This document shows, piece by piece, positions 20,139 through 29,873 of a stretch of 64,000 nt of DNA (the stretch's first letter is position 1; every line of letters starts with the position of its first letter). This DNA is from an uncultured Candidatus Rokubacteria bacterium. Its GTDB lineage: Bacteria; Methylomirabilota; Methylomirabilia; Rokubacteriales; CSP1-6. Both the position numbers and the translations under genes were made by a program. The stretch spans positions 608,001 through 672,000 of the forward strand of contig CAVYTA010000006.1 in NCBI GenBank assembly GCA_963771355.1, read 5' to 3'. The notes below the pieces were generated by a model, which worked only from the letters and a program-made list of their open reading frames with translations, made no database searches and was not told where the DNA came from.

Positions 20139-21896
20139 ATGATCGTGCTCGGCATCAGCGAGACCCACTGCGCCACGGCAGCGTTGCTGCGCGACGGGCG
20201 CATCATCGGGTGCGCGTCGGAGGAGCGGTTCTCGCGGCTCAAGAACGACGCGGGCTATCCGCGCCTCGCGGTGGACGCGTTGCTGCAGGAGACCGGGGTC
20301 GCCCCCGCCGAGATCGACCTGGTGGCGCTGGCGGGCGCCCGGGCCGCCGCGAAGGAGTGGCTGAACCGGGTCCTGCACGATCCCGACTACATCCGCGAGT
20401 ACTACGGCGTCGCGTGGCCGTCTCCCCGCCGTGCGCTCGGGAAACGGGTTCGCAAGTGGGGCGCCAGGTTCGGTCTCATGGACGCCTCCCGGGGCAAGTT
20501 CGGCGTTCCTCAGGACGTGCGCCTGGCCGAGGTCGCGGGTCACCTGGGCCTCCCGACCTCCCGCATCGTCTGCCTGGACCATCACCGCTGCCATGCCGCC
20601 GCCGCCTACTTCGGATCCGGCTTCGGCGGGCGTGAGGCGCTCGTCCTCACCAACGACAACTCCGGGGACGGTCTCTGTGCCACCGCCTCCACCGGACGCG
20701 GGCTCGCCCTCGAGCGGCACGAGGCCAGCTCCAGCGCGCCGGGCTCCCTCGGCGCCTTCTACTCCTTCGCCACGCTCGCGCTGGGCATGAAGTTCGGCGA
20801 GCACGAGTACAAGGTGATGGGCATGGCTCCCTATGCGTCGGCCCCCTGGGCGGAGCGGGCCACCCAGGCCCTCCGCGCGGTATTCGCGCTCGAAGAGAGC
20901 CGGCCCGCGCGCTTTCGCTGGACCCAGGCGGGCGAGCGCTACGCGCTCTTGCTCCGGGCCACCCTGGGGCTCCGCTTCGACGCGGTGGCGGCGGGCGCCC
21001 AGCAGCTGCTGGAGGAGACGCTGGTGCGGTGGTGCGCGCTCATGCACGAGCGCTACGGCGGTGGGCGGGTGGCGCTGGGCGGCGGCGTGTTCATGAACGT
21101 CAAGGCCAATATGCGGCTCGCGCGCGAGGACTGGGTGGAGGAGCTCTTCGCCTTCCCGTCCTGCGGCGACGAGTCGAACGCGGTGGGCGCGGCCTACCTG
21201 GGGTACGTGGACGAGTGCGCGCGCCGCGGCGGGCCCGCGCGGCCGGAGCCCTTCGGGCCCGCCTATCTCGGGACCTCGGTGACCGACGCGGAGACGGAGG
21301 CGGTGATCCGCGAGCGCGACCTCCGCTCCCGCTACAAGGTCGCCTTCCACGACCGCATCGAGGAGCGCGTGGCCGAGCTGCTCGTCTCCGACGGGGTGGT
21401 GGCGCGCTGCGCGGGACGCATGGAGTTCGGAGCCCGCGCGCTCGGGAACCGGTCCATCCTCGCCAACCCCACCGACCATCGGGTGGTGGGGCTGATCAAC
21501 CGGATGATCAAGAACCGGGACTTCTGGATGCCGTTCGCTCCCACCGTGCTGGCCGAGCGCGCCGACGACTACCTGGTCAATCCCAAGGGGCTCGCCTCGC
21601 CCTACATGATGCTGGCCATGGACACCAAGCCGGCGGCGCGGGACGCCCTGGCGGCCGCGCTCCACCCCCACGACGCCACCGCGCGGCCGCAGATCCTCGA
21701 GGAGGAGTGGAATCCGGAGTACCACGCGCTCATCCGCGCCTTCCAGAGCCGTACCGGAGTGGGCGCGGTGCTGAACACCTCGTTCAACCTTCACGGGGAG
21801 CCCATCGTGTGCACCGCCGCCGACGCGGTGGACACCTTCGAGCGCTCGGGCCTCCAGCACCTCGCCGTCGGCCACTGGCTGATCTCGAAGCGCTGA
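20139..21896 (+). CDS. NodU/CmcH-family O-carbamoyltransferase
   Basis: SEERFSRLK, HHRCHAAAA, EYKVMGMA, GGVFMNVKAN, EFGARALGNRSIL and NTSFNLHGEPIV. Confidence 0.93.
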   Translation: MIVLGISETHCATAALLRDGRIIGCASEERFSRLKNDAGYPRLAVDALLQETGVAPAEIDLVALAGARAAAKEWLNRVLHDPDYIREYYGVAWPSPRRALGKRVRKWGARFGLMDASRGKFGVPQDVRLAEVAGHLGLPTSRIVCLDHHRCHAAAAYFGSGFGGREALVLTNDNSGDGLCATASTGRGLALERHEASSSAPGSLGAFYSFATLALGMKFGEHEYKVMGMAPYASAPWAERATQALRAVFALEESRPARFRWTQAGERYALLLRATLGLRFDAVAAGAQQLLEETLVRWCALMHERYGGGRVALGGGVFMNVKANMRLAREDWVEELFAFPSCGDESNAVGAAYLGYVDECARRGGPARPEPFGPAYLGTSVTDAETEAVIRERDLRSRYKVAFHDRIEERVAELLVSDGVVARCAGRMEFGARALGNRSILANPTDHRVVGLINRMIKNRDFWMPFAPTVLAERADDYLVNPKGLASPYMMLAMDTKPAARDALAAALHPHDATARPQILEEEWNPEYHALIRAFQSRTGVGAVLNTSFNLHGEPIVCTAADAVDTFERSGLQHLAVGHWLISKR

Positions 21897-21897
21897 G

Positions 21898-22842
21898 CTA
21901 GTAGCCCCGTCGGCGGTCCGCCACGTGGCGGAGCGGTCGGTTCGTCAGATAGCGCCGGAGATTGTCCTGGAAGATCGGCGTGATCTCCTTGGGTGTGCTG
22001 GGGCCCGAGATGTGCGGCGTGATCACCGCGTTGTCGAGCGCCCAGAGGGGATGGGCGGCGGGGAGCGGCTCCTCGGCGAAGACGTCGAGCACCGCGCCGC
22101 CGATGCGCCGCTCGCGCAGCGCGGACACCAGGGCCGCCTCGTCCACCACCGCGCCCCGGGCGATGTTGATGAGCCACGCGCCGGGCTTCATGGCCGCGAG
22201 GGCGGCGGCGTCGATCAGCCCGCAGGTGGCGTCGGTCAGGGGCACGGTGAGCACCACGAAGTCGGCGGCGGCGAGGGCGCGGGGGAGCGCAGCCGTCCGC
22301 AGCACCCGGTGGGCCTCGCGCACCCGTCGGCCGCTCCGGCTGACCCCCACCACCTCCATGCCGAGGGCGCGCGCGGCGCGGGCGATGGCCCGGCCGATAT
22401 CGCCCAGGCCCACCACGCAAAGGGTGGCGCCGCGAAGTCGCGTGGGATTGACCTCCCGCCACTCCCGCGTCCGCTGCTGCGCCCGGAAGCGCTCCATCTT
22501 CTGCGTGGTCCACAGCGCCCATCCCAGCGTGTACTCGGCCATCCACGGCCCGAAGATGCCGGCGACACGGGTCAGGATGACATCGGAGGCCAGCTCGGGC
22601 ACGAGGAAGCGTTCCACCCCCGCGCCCATGTTCTGGATCCAGCGGAGCCGCGGCGCGCGGCCCAGCAGCGAGCGCGGGAAGTTCCACGCGTACAGAATCT
22701 CCGTCTCCTCGATCAGGCGGGCCGCCTCCGCCTCGTTCGACGAGACGGCGAGCTCGAGGCCGCGGCGGGGGAGCCGGACGAGGCGCGCATAGTCCGCGGC
22801 CTCCTCGGGGTGATGGACGAGGATGCGCCGGCGGGCCCTCAC
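21898..22842 (-). CDS. D-2-hydroxyacid dehydrogenase
   Basis: VVGLGDIG, INIARG, LDVFAEEPL and ITPHISG; GTGA overlap with the upstream stop. Confidence 0.92.
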   Translation of the reverse strand: MRARRRILVHHPEEAADYARLVRLPRRGLELAVSSNEAEAARLIEETEILYAWNFPRSLLGRAPRLRWIQNMGAGVERFLVPELASDVILTRVAGIFGPWMAEYTLGWALWTTQKMERFRAQQRTREWREVNPTRLRGATLCVVGLGDIGRAIARAARALGMEVVGVSRSGRRVREAHRVLRTAALPRALAAADFVVLTVPLTDATCGLIDAAALAAMKPGAWLINIARGAVVDEAALVSALRERRIGGAVLDVFAEEPLPAAHPLWALDNAVITPHISGPSTPKEITPIFQDNLRRYLTNRPLRHVADRRRGY

Positions 22843-23807
22843 GCGCCGAGCTTGGCGAGGAGCGCGTCCTCGAACGTGGTATCGAGCGGCCGGTCGAGGG
22901 TGCCCAGCCCTCGGTACCACTCCCACGTCTGGCGCAGGCCGCCCGCCAGCGTATAGGCCGGGCGGATGCCCAGCTCGGTGCGCAGCTTGCCGGTGGTGTG
23001 CACCGCGTGGCAGTCGTACACGAGGTTCTGCCCGAAGAACGGACCCGGCTTGTCGAAGGCCTTGAGGAGGGCGGGATCGAAGTGCCGCAGGGTGACCGGG
23101 CGTCCCATCACCTCGGCGATGAGCTCCACGAACCCCACCTGGGTCACCACGTCGTCACCCATGACGTTGTAAGCCTGGCCGTGCGTGCGCGGATCGCCCA
23201 GCATGGCGGCCATCGCGTCCCCGAGGTCCGCGACGTGGCCGAACTGTCGCAGCCAGCCGCCGTCGCCGGGGACGAGGACGGGGCGGCCCCGCGCGATGCG
23301 GTCCATGAAGAAGGTCTCGTTGTTGCGCGTGTTGAGCGGGCCCATGACGTGGGTGGGCCGCACGATGGTCACCGGCCAGCCCTCACGTCGATGGCGCTCC
23401 AGGAGCGCGTCCTCGCCGCCGATCTTGTGGCGCGCGTAGTCCCCCCAGTACAAGCTCCGCGGCGTCGTCTCGGAGTAGGGGATGGGCAGGCCGTGGTCGT
23501 ACACGCGGCAGGTAGAGACGAACAGCGCGTGGGGCCGGCCACGAAGCGCGCGGAGCAGCGCTTCCACGTCCTCGCCCAGCGTCGGCGCGTAGGTGACGTC
23601 CACCACCGCGTCGTAGGCCTCGCCGCCGAGCAGGCCTGGGAGGGCGGCGTGATCCTTGCGATCACCCACGATGGTGCGCACGCCGGCGGGAAGGGAGCCT
23701 CCGCGCCGGCCGCGGTTGAACACGGTGACCTCGTGGTGGCGGCGGCGCAGCGACTCCACGAGATGCCGGCTGATGAATTCCGTCCCGCCCATGACGAGGG
23801 TCCGCAT
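22839..23807 (-). CDS. NAD-dependent epimerase/dehydratase (atypical SDR)
   Basis: LVMGGTEFIS, VTVFNRG and YARHK (YxxxK). Confidence 0.9.
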   Translation of the reverse strand: MRTLVMGGTEFISRHLVESLRRRHHEVTVFNRGRRGGSLPAGVRTIVGDRKDHAALPGLLGGEAYDAVVDVTYAPTLGEDVEALLRALRGRPHALFVSTCRVYDHGLPIPYSETTPRSLYWGDYARHKIGGEDALLERHRREGWPVTIVRPTHVMGPLNTRNNETFFMDRIARGRPVLVPGDGGWLRQFGHVADLGDAMAAMLGDPRTHGQAYNVMGDDVVTQVGFVELIAEVMGRPVTLRHFDPALLKAFDKPGPFFGQNLVYDCHAVHTTGKLRTELGIRPAYTLAGGLRQTWEWYRGLGTLDRPLDTTFEDALLAKLGA

Positions 23808-23852
23808 GACGCGGGGATTCTAGCACAGCGACGCGAGGACGCCCGCCGCGCC

Positions 23853-24098
23853 TCAGCCGATGGACACCGCCACGCAGGTGGTGGTACGGGTCACCCCGTC
23901 GATGACCCCGATGGACTCGGTGACCAGGTTGCCGATGGCGTCGAGCGAGGAGCCGTCCACCACCGCGATGAAGTCGTAGGGCCCGGTGACGGCGTCCATC
24001 GCGATCACGGTGGCGCGGGCGCCCTTCACCTTGGCGAGCGCCTTCTTCACCGACTTGGTCTTGCCGGCCGCGGTCTCGATCAGCACGTACGCTTTCAT
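23853..24098 (-). CDS. Stand-alone Lrp/AsnC ligand-binding (RAM) domain protein, 81 aa
   Basis: MKAYVLIE..VTGPYDFIAVV..IDGVTRTTTC; AGGAG SD. Confidence 0.88.
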   Translation of the reverse strand: MKAYVLIETAAGKTKSVKKALAKVKGARATVIAMDAVTGPYDFIAVVDGSSLDAIGNLVTESIGVIDGVTRTTTCVAVSIG

Positions 24099-24138
24099 GT
24101 CGCTTCTCCTCTTGTCGATGCGGGTTGCCGCCGGCGGG

Positions 24139-25068
24139 TCAGCGGCGGGACCGCCGGGAGTGCCACCAGAGTGCCAGTGCCCCCGTCGCCGCGGCGCCCG
24201 CCGCCGCCCGCCAGAAGTTGGTGCGCAGCGGGGGCACCATCCAGAAGGGCGAGCGGCGCTGCGCCGGTCGCAGCCGGCCGTCGAGGAGCGCCTCCACCAG
24301 CCCGAGGCCCTCGGTGAGCAGGACCTCGACGGTGGCACGCGCGAAGGCAGGGTCGGCCAGGGCGGGATGTCCCACGTAACCCTGGCCGCCGTTGCGCAGC
24401 GGGAAATTCGGGACGAGGCGCCGCGGCAGGGAGTAGCGCGCGGGCGGCAGGGTCCGGAAGCCCTCGTCCACCAGATCGGGTCGCAGCCACAGCATGAAGG
24501 AGGTTTCCCAGAGCCCGCCGTGCATGTCGTCGGCGAAGGCGCGTCGCTCGTCCTCCGTGAGCGGACGTTCCAGGGCGGCCACGATGCGCGGCAGGAGGCG
24601 ACCCCGCAAGAACTCCCAGGCGAGGTAGCCCGTGAGCGAGGCCATGGTGACGCCGTGCCGGCGGGAGACCGCCGCCGCCGCCTCCTCGAGGGCGACGAGG
24701 TGACCGGGTCCCCCATGCCCGTTGGCGATGAAGATCCAGCGGAAGCCGGCGCGCGCGAGGGAGGCCCCGTAGTCCAGGACCGCGTCGCGCACCACGCGCT
24801 GCCGGATCCGGATGGTGCCCGGCGCGTCGAAGGTGAAGGAGCCCAGGTGCAGGGTGGGGGCGAGCACCGCGGTCCAGCCCGGACGGGCGGCGACCAGGCG
24901 CTGGGCCAGCCCTTCGGCGAAGTGGCGTGCGGCGTAGGCGTCCACCCCGAGGGGCAGATGCGGCCCATGCTCCTCGATCGGGCTCACGGTCAGCACCACC
25001 ACGGTCCGGTCGCGGTCCAGCGCGTCGAGCGCCGAGGTGGACATCTCTTCCAGGAGTCGAACGCTCAA
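24139..25068 (-). CDS. Creatininase-family amidohydrolase with C-terminal membrane anchor
   Basis: EEHGPHLPLGVD, NGHGG and DMHGGLWETS; TTGA-coupled start. Confidence 0.88.
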   Translation of the reverse strand: MSVRLLEEMSTSALDALDRDRTVVVLTVSPIEEHGPHLPLGVDAYAARHFAEGLAQRLVAARPGWTAVLAPTLHLGSFTFDAPGTIRIRQRVVRDAVLDYGASLARAGFRWIFIANGHGGPGHLVALEEAAAAVSRRHGVTMASLTGYLAWEFLRGRLLPRIVAALERPLTEDERRAFADDMHGGLWETSFMLWLRPDLVDEGFRTLPPARYSLPRRLVPNFPLRNGGQGYVGHPALADPAFARATVEVLLTEGLGLVEALLDGRLRPAQRRSPFWMVPPLRTNFWRAAAGAAATGALALWWHSRRSRR

Positions 25069-26513
25069 AAGGTGCTCCCCTGGGTGGCGGCGAGGTAGTC
25101 GTTCTTGGCCCGCTCCAGCTCGACGATGATGTCCTGACGCGCGTCCAGGAGCCGGGACGCGGACTGGCGCCGCACCAGGGCCATCGTCCCGAGGCGGATC
25201 TGGCTGCGCAGCCGCCCGAGGCCGCCGAGATAGCGGTAGGCGAGGAGCCCCGAGAGCGGAAGGGACACCGCGAAGAGGGCCGCCCAGGCGGGTCCGGTCA
25301 GCCACCACACCAGCCAGGTCTCGAGGCTCCAGAACAGCGGGATGGCCACCATGCTGGAAAGGAACCGCGTGGTGGCGTAGTCCGTCTCCTTCCTCGAGAA
25401 GCGCCGGCTGATCCAGCGCGGCAGGAAATACGGAAGCCCGTTCACGACCACGCCATAGAGGAAGAACGGGAAGGCCAGGGACGCCCGGGAGCCGCGGCCG
25501 AGCCGGGTGCGGAGCCGGGGACGCGCCAGACGCGCGCGCACCGCCTCGTCCCGCACGCGGTAGTCGTGCAGGAGGGCGCGATAGCCCTGGATGCGCTGCC
25601 AGAGGGCCTCCACCCGCTCGGGCTCGCGCTCCGCGAAGTACTGGGCGGCCTCGGCGATGGCGCGCGAGAGCCGGATGGTGTCGATCTGGCGGAGGGCGAG
25701 CCCGCGCTCCTCGTGGAGCTCGCGCACGAGCTCACCCCGGTAGAGGTCTTCCACCGCGCGGATGAGCGAGGCGGTGTCCAGCCGGCGCACGTTGACCACC
25801 TGTGCCTCCATCTCGTACTGGATGGTGGTGGTGAGCGCGTCCACCGCCGCGGGCGCGTCGTGCTGATAGCGGTCGCCATAGGCGCCGAGTGCGATGGGCT
25901 CGCCGAAGGACACCAGCACCCGGGCCCGGAAGGACTTGCGGGCCTCGAACGTCAGTCCGAGGGGTACCAGCGCCAGCGGCTCGCCGCCCGGCCCGTCCCC
26001 CTGCGCGCGCCGCGCTTCGTATTCGAGCGCGATCCGCGCCGCGCCGGTCTTGATGCGCTGGACGCGCGGCTCGGCGTGGGTGGTCCCCTCCGGATAGATG
26101 CCGATGAGCCCGCCCGCGGTCAGGGTGCGAAAGCAGGCGGAGAAGGCGTCCACGTTGCGCTCCGCGCCCACCACGCCCACGCCGTCGCGGGCCACCGGCT
26201 CGTCCTGCTTGCGGTAGACCGGGATGGCGCCGCAGGCGAGCAGGAAGCGGGCCACCAGGGGATTCCGGAACAGCGCGGCGGTGGCGAGAAAATGGACCTC
26301 GCGGCGGAGGACGGCGGCGACCAGCAGGGAGTCGATGAGGTTGTTCGGGTGGTTGATGCAGAGAAGCACGGGGCCGGTGGCGGGCACGCGCTCGCGGTAC
26401 CGCACGTCCACCGCCTTGAACAGGAACCAGATCCAGAAGCGTCCGATCGCGCGCGCCACCGCGTACGGCACTCCCATGGACTCGCGGGACTCGCGCGCGG
26501 CCGGGTCGGCCAT
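25065..26513 (-). CDS. Lysophospholipid acyltransferase-family membrane protein (alternative start 26477)
   Basis: NHPNNLID (HxxxxD) and IYPEGT; C-terminal TM helices. Confidence 0.88.
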   Translation of the reverse strand: MADPAARESRESMGVPYAVARAIGRFWIWFLFKAVDVRYRERVPATGPVLLCINHPNNLIDSLLVAAVLRREVHFLATAALFRNPLVARFLLACGAIPVYRKQDEPVARDGVGVVGAERNVDAFSACFRTLTAGGLIGIYPEGTTHAEPRVQRIKTGAARIALEYEARRAQGDGPGGEPLALVPLGLTFEARKSFRARVLVSFGEPIALGAYGDRYQHDAPAAVDALTTTIQYEMEAQVVNVRRLDTASLIRAVEDLYRGELVRELHEERGLALRQIDTIRLSRAIAEAAQYFAEREPERVEALWQRIQGYRALLHDYRVRDEAVRARLARPRLRTRLGRGSRASLAFPFFLYGVVVNGLPYFLPRWISRRFSRKETDYATTRFLSSMVAIPLFWSLETWLVWWLTGPAWAALFAVSLPLSGLLAYRYLGGLGRLRSQIRLGTMALVRRQSASRLLDARQDIIVELERAKNDYLAATQGSTF

Positions 26514-26521
26514 CCGGGCGC

Positions 26522-26863
26522 TCAGCGCGTCTGGGGCTCGATCACCACCGCGGTGCCGTAGGCCAGCACCTCGGTGACGCCCTGGGCGATCTCGTTGGCG
26601 TCGTAGCGCATGCCGATGATGGCGTTGGCCCCCACCTGCGCGCCATGCTGGACCATGAGGTCGAAGGCCTCCTCGCGCGCGCGCTCGCAGAGCTCGGTGT
26701 AGAGCGTGATGTTCCCGCCGAAGAGGGTCTGGATGGAGGCGCCCAAGCTGCCGATGACGCTGCGCGAGCGCACGATGATGCCGCGGACCACGCCCCGGTT
26801 GGCGGTGATCCGGTAGCCCTCGAACCCGAACGCGGTGGTGACCCACTGCGACTGGATGGGCAT
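26522..26863 (-). CDS. YbjQ/UPF0145 family protein
   Basis: [20 protein letters not shown]. Confidence 0.92.
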   Translation of the reverse strand: MPIQSQWVTTAFGFEGYRITANRGVVRGIIVRSRSVIGSLGASIQTLFGGNITLYTELCERAREEAFDLMVQHGAQVGANAIIGMRYDANEIAQGVTEVLAYGTAVVIEPQTR

Positions 26864-26865
26864 GC

Positions 26866-27279
26866 CTAGTCCAGCACCGCGACCGCTTCGATCTCGATGG
26901 CGCAGCCCCGGTCGGCGTCGTAGAGGCCCTTGACCTCGAGGAAGGTCATCGCTGGGTAGTGCCGCCCGAAGTACTCGCGGTACACGCCGCCGATCTCGCG
27001 CGCCCGGGCCTTGTAGTCGGCGGTGGACAGCACGTACACGGTGAGCTTGACGATGTCGGTGAGCTGGCCACCCCGGGCGCCCACCGCGGCGCGGAGGTTC
27101 TCGCAGACCTGGCGGAACTGGGCGGCCAGGTCGCCGGGGCCCACCAGGGTGCCCTCCCGGTCGAGCGCGACCTGGCCGGCGATGTAGAGGGTCTTACCCC
27201 CCTGGACCTCATAGGCATGCGAGTACCCGTGGGGCTTCATGAGCGCGGGCGGATTGACGGCTTCGAGGATCTTGTACAT
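26866..27279 (-). CDS. RidA/YjgF family protein
   Basis: [17 protein letters not shown] and IEIEAVAV. Confidence 0.9.
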   Translation of the reverse strand: MYKILEAVNPPALMKPHGYSHAYEVQGGKTLYIAGQVALDREGTLVGPGDLAAQFRQVCENLRAAVGARGGQLTDIVKLTVYVLSTADYKARAREIGGVYREYFGRHYPAMTFLEVKGLYDADRGCAIEIEAVAVLD

Positions 27280-27341
27280 CGGCGCCTCCCGGCGGTCTGC
27301 GTTGATGGGTGTCCGGCCGCGCGATTATACTACCCGCGCGC

Positions 27342-28616
27342 ATGGGCCGTCCCTTCCAGAAGGTCTCTCTGGCCGACGCGGTGGGACGTCTCCGCCCGGG
27401 CATGCGCGTATTGCTGCCGCCCGGCTGCGCGGATCCCCGCGCGCTCGTGGGCGAGATCCTCGCCCAGGCCGATCGTCTCGCCCCGCTCACCCTCATGGGA
27501 GGGCTCCGCGTGGACGACTATCCCTTCGCGGCGCCGGCCTACGCGGGCAAGCTGCGCTTCGCGACCTGGCACATGTCGCCCCGGCTGCGCGAGGCCGCCG
27601 CGCGCGGCGACGTGGAGTTCGTGGCCGCGCGCTATTTCGACACGGTACGCCTGTTCGCCGCGGGCGGCGCCTGGGCTCCCGACGCGGTGGTGGTCCACGC
27701 GGCGCCGCCCGACCGTGGCGGGTGGCTCTCGCTCGGAGTCTCGGTGAGCTACCCGCTGGTGGCCGCGCGGCGCGCGCCGCTGGTCATCGCGCAGGTGAAT
27801 CCGCGCATGCCGCGCACCCTCGGCAACGCGTTCCTCCACCGGTCCCAGGTGGACTGCTTCGTGGAGGTCGAGGAGCCGCTGGCGGAGTACCCGCCCACCG
27901 CGGTGGGGGAGGTGGAGCGGCGGATCGCCGCCCAGGTGGCCGAGCTCGTTCCCGATGGCGCCACCGTCCAGGTGGGCATCGGGTCCATCCCGCAGGCGGT
28001 GATGGAAGCGCTCGCGGGGAAGCGCGACCTCGGCGTGCATTCGCTCCTGGTCGACCACATGCTGCCGCTGCTCGAATCCGGCGCCATCAACAACTCCCGC
28101 AAGCGACTGCACCGGGGCCGGATGGACGTGGGCGAGATCATGGGCACCGCCCGGCTCTTCGCCTGGGCCCACGAGAACCCCGCCGTCAACATGGAGCCCT
28201 CCGACGTGGTGCACGATCCGGAGGTCGTCGGCGCGCTCGGGGACTTCGTCTCGGTGAACTCCGCGCTGGAGGTGGACCTGCTCGGGCAGGTCAATGCCGA
28301 GAGCGTGGGCGGGCGGCAGGTGGCGGGGATCGGGGGCCAGTTCGACTTCGTGCTCGGCGCGGCGCGCGCGACGGGCGGGCGCGCCATCATCGCGCTGCCC
28401 GCCACCGGCCGCGACGGGGCCGTCTCGCGCATCGTCCCCACCCTCGGCGCCGGGGCCCGGGTGACCTCGCCGCGCTTCCTGGCCGATTACGTGGTGACGG
28501 AGTACGGCGTGGCGACGTTACGGGGGAAGAGTGACGCCGGGCGGGCGCGGGAGCTGGCCCGCGTGGCCCACCCGGCGTGGCGCGATCAGCTCGAAGCGGC
28601 CGGAGTTACGTCTTGA
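27342..28616 (+). CDS. Acetyl-CoA hydrolase/transferase (4-hydroxybutyrate CoA-transferase-like)
   Basis: QVNPRMPRT, VQVGIGSIP, NSALEVDLLGQVNAE, GGQFDF and VVTEYGVA. Confidence 0.9.
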   Translation: MGRPFQKVSLADAVGRLRPGMRVLLPPGCADPRALVGEILAQADRLAPLTLMGGLRVDDYPFAAPAYAGKLRFATWHMSPRLREAAARGDVEFVAARYFDTVRLFAAGGAWAPDAVVVHAAPPDRGGWLSLGVSVSYPLVAARRAPLVIAQVNPRMPRTLGNAFLHRSQVDCFVEVEEPLAEYPPTAVGEVERRIAAQVAELVPDGATVQVGIGSIPQAVMEALAGKRDLGVHSLLVDHMLPLLESGAINNSRKRLHRGRMDVGEIMGTARLFAWAHENPAVNMEPSDVVHDPEVVGALGDFVSVNSALEVDLLGQVNAESVGGRQVAGIGGQFDFVLGAARATGGRAIIALPATGRDGAVSRIVPTLGAGARVTSPRFLADYVVTEYGVATLRGKSDAGRARELARVAHPAWRDQLEAAGVTS

Positions 28617-28833
28617 GCTTATCGATGGCCGCGAAGATCTCGGCATCCTCGGGAAAGCGATACGTCTCCTGATTGTTGTAGACGCGCTGATTGTCGATGT
28701 CCACGAAGAAGACGCCGCCCATGCTCTCCTTGAGGTCGGCGGTGATCCCGTACTTTTCCTTGATGGAGGCCTGCAGACTGGAGGCCTGGGGGAGGTAGTT
28801 TCACTCGCCGCAGTACGTGATCTGGATCTTCAT
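28606..28833 (-). CDS. Rdx/SelW/SelT/SelH-family selenoprotein, CxxU motif, UGA = Sec at codon 11
   Basis: GAGGAGG SD, then MKIQITYCGE-UGA-NYLPQASSLQASIKEKYGITADLKESMGGVFFVDIDNQRVYNNQETYRFPEDAEIFAAIDKLKT-TAA. Has the Rdx hallmarks ITYCxxU, GGxF and RFP. Absent from the ORF track. Confidence 0.9.
28767..28787 (-). promoter_or_regulatory. Candidate bacterial SECIS hairpin
   Basis: AGGCCU-CCAGUCUGC-AGGCCU begins 13 nt after the UGA; apical GU-containing loop resembles the fdhF-type SECIS. Confidence 0.7.
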
Positions 28834-28883
28834 CCGATCCTCCTCTCGAGTAATGTCTTCACCATGATACGGGGCGCCTGCCA

Positions 28884-29873
28884 ATGAGTCAATCGTCCCG
28901 GCCCGTGCTGATCGACACCGATCCCGGCATTGACGATGCGCTGGCGATTCTCCTCGCCTGGGGCCTGGCCGGCCTGCGTGTCGAGGCGATCTCGACGGTG
29001 GCGGGCAACGTGTCCGTGGATCTCGCCACCGTGAACGTGTTCCGCCTCCTCGAGGCCGCCCGGCCCATCCATCGTCCGCGTGTCGCGCGGGGCGCTGCCG
29101 CCCCGCTGCGACGACCGCTCGTCACCGCCACCCACGTCCATGGAGACGACGGGCTCGGTAACCTCGGCCGATTCCGCGAACCGGACGGCCGCCCGCGCTA
29201 CCCGAACCCACGCCTCGACCTTGAGACGCGGGATGGGGCCGATCTGATTCTCGAGACCGCCGGGCGCTTCGGCGAGGATCTGGTGGTCATCGCGCTCGGT
29301 CCCCTCACCAATGTCGCCCTGGCGCTGGGACGCGACCCCGCCCGGCTGCGCCGCATCGGCCGCCTCGTGGTCATGGGCGGCGCGGTGACGGTGGCCGGCA
29401 ATGTGACCCCGGCCGCGGAGTTCAACTTCCACGTGGATCCCGATGCCGCCCAGGCCGTGCTCGCGGGTGGCCTCCCGGTGGAGCTGATCCCCCTCGATGT
29501 CACCCGTCGGGTGACGCTGGGGCGGGCCGCTCTCGACACGCGCCTGCCCCCTCCGCGCGGTCCGCGCGGCCAGTTCCTCGAGGATTTCTCCGCTCACGGC
29601 TTCGCGTTCGGCGGCATGCGGGGCGACGGGGGCATCACGCTTCACGATCCGCTCGCGGTGGCGGTGGCGGCCGATCCCTCCCTGGTGGGGCTCGAGCCCT
29701 TGCACGTGCAGGTCGAGACAGAGTCGGATCTCACTCGCGGGCTGTCGCTGGCGGACCGGCGACCCGGCGCGCCCGAGGACCGCCGGCTCCCCAATTGCCA
29801 TGTCGCCCTCGCGGTGGACGCGCCCCGCGCCGTGGCCCTGACCCTGGAGGGGTTGTGCCGCGCGTGTGCGTAG
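28884..29873 (+). CDS. Nucleoside hydrolase (IU-NH family)
   Basis: DTDPGIDDA, HVHGDDGLG, GPLTN, AEFNFHVDPDAA and LHDPLA. Confidence 0.93.
   Translation: MSQSSRPVLIDTDPGIDDALAILLAWGLAGLRVEAISTVAGNVSVDLATVNVFRLLEAARPIHRPRVARGAAAPLRRPLVTATHVHGDDGLGNLGRFREPDGRPRYPNPRLDLETRDGADLILETAGRFGEDLVVIALGPLTNVALALGRDPARLRRIGRLVVMGGAVTVAGNVTPAAEFNFHVDPDAAQAVLAGGLPVELIPLDVTRRVTLGRAALDTRLPPPRGPRGQFLEDFSAHGFAFGGMRGDGGITLHDPLAVAVAADPSLVGLEPLHVQVETESDLTRGLSLADRRPGAPEDRRLPNCHVALAVDAPRAVALTLEGLCRACA

Noticed and set aside
28531..28887. Plus-strand 118-aa ORF and minus-strand 61-aa ORF (28619-28804) in the selenoprotein interval
   Set aside because: Better explained as shadows of the minus-strand Rdx selenoprotein, which has an SD, family motifs and a SECIS-like hairpin
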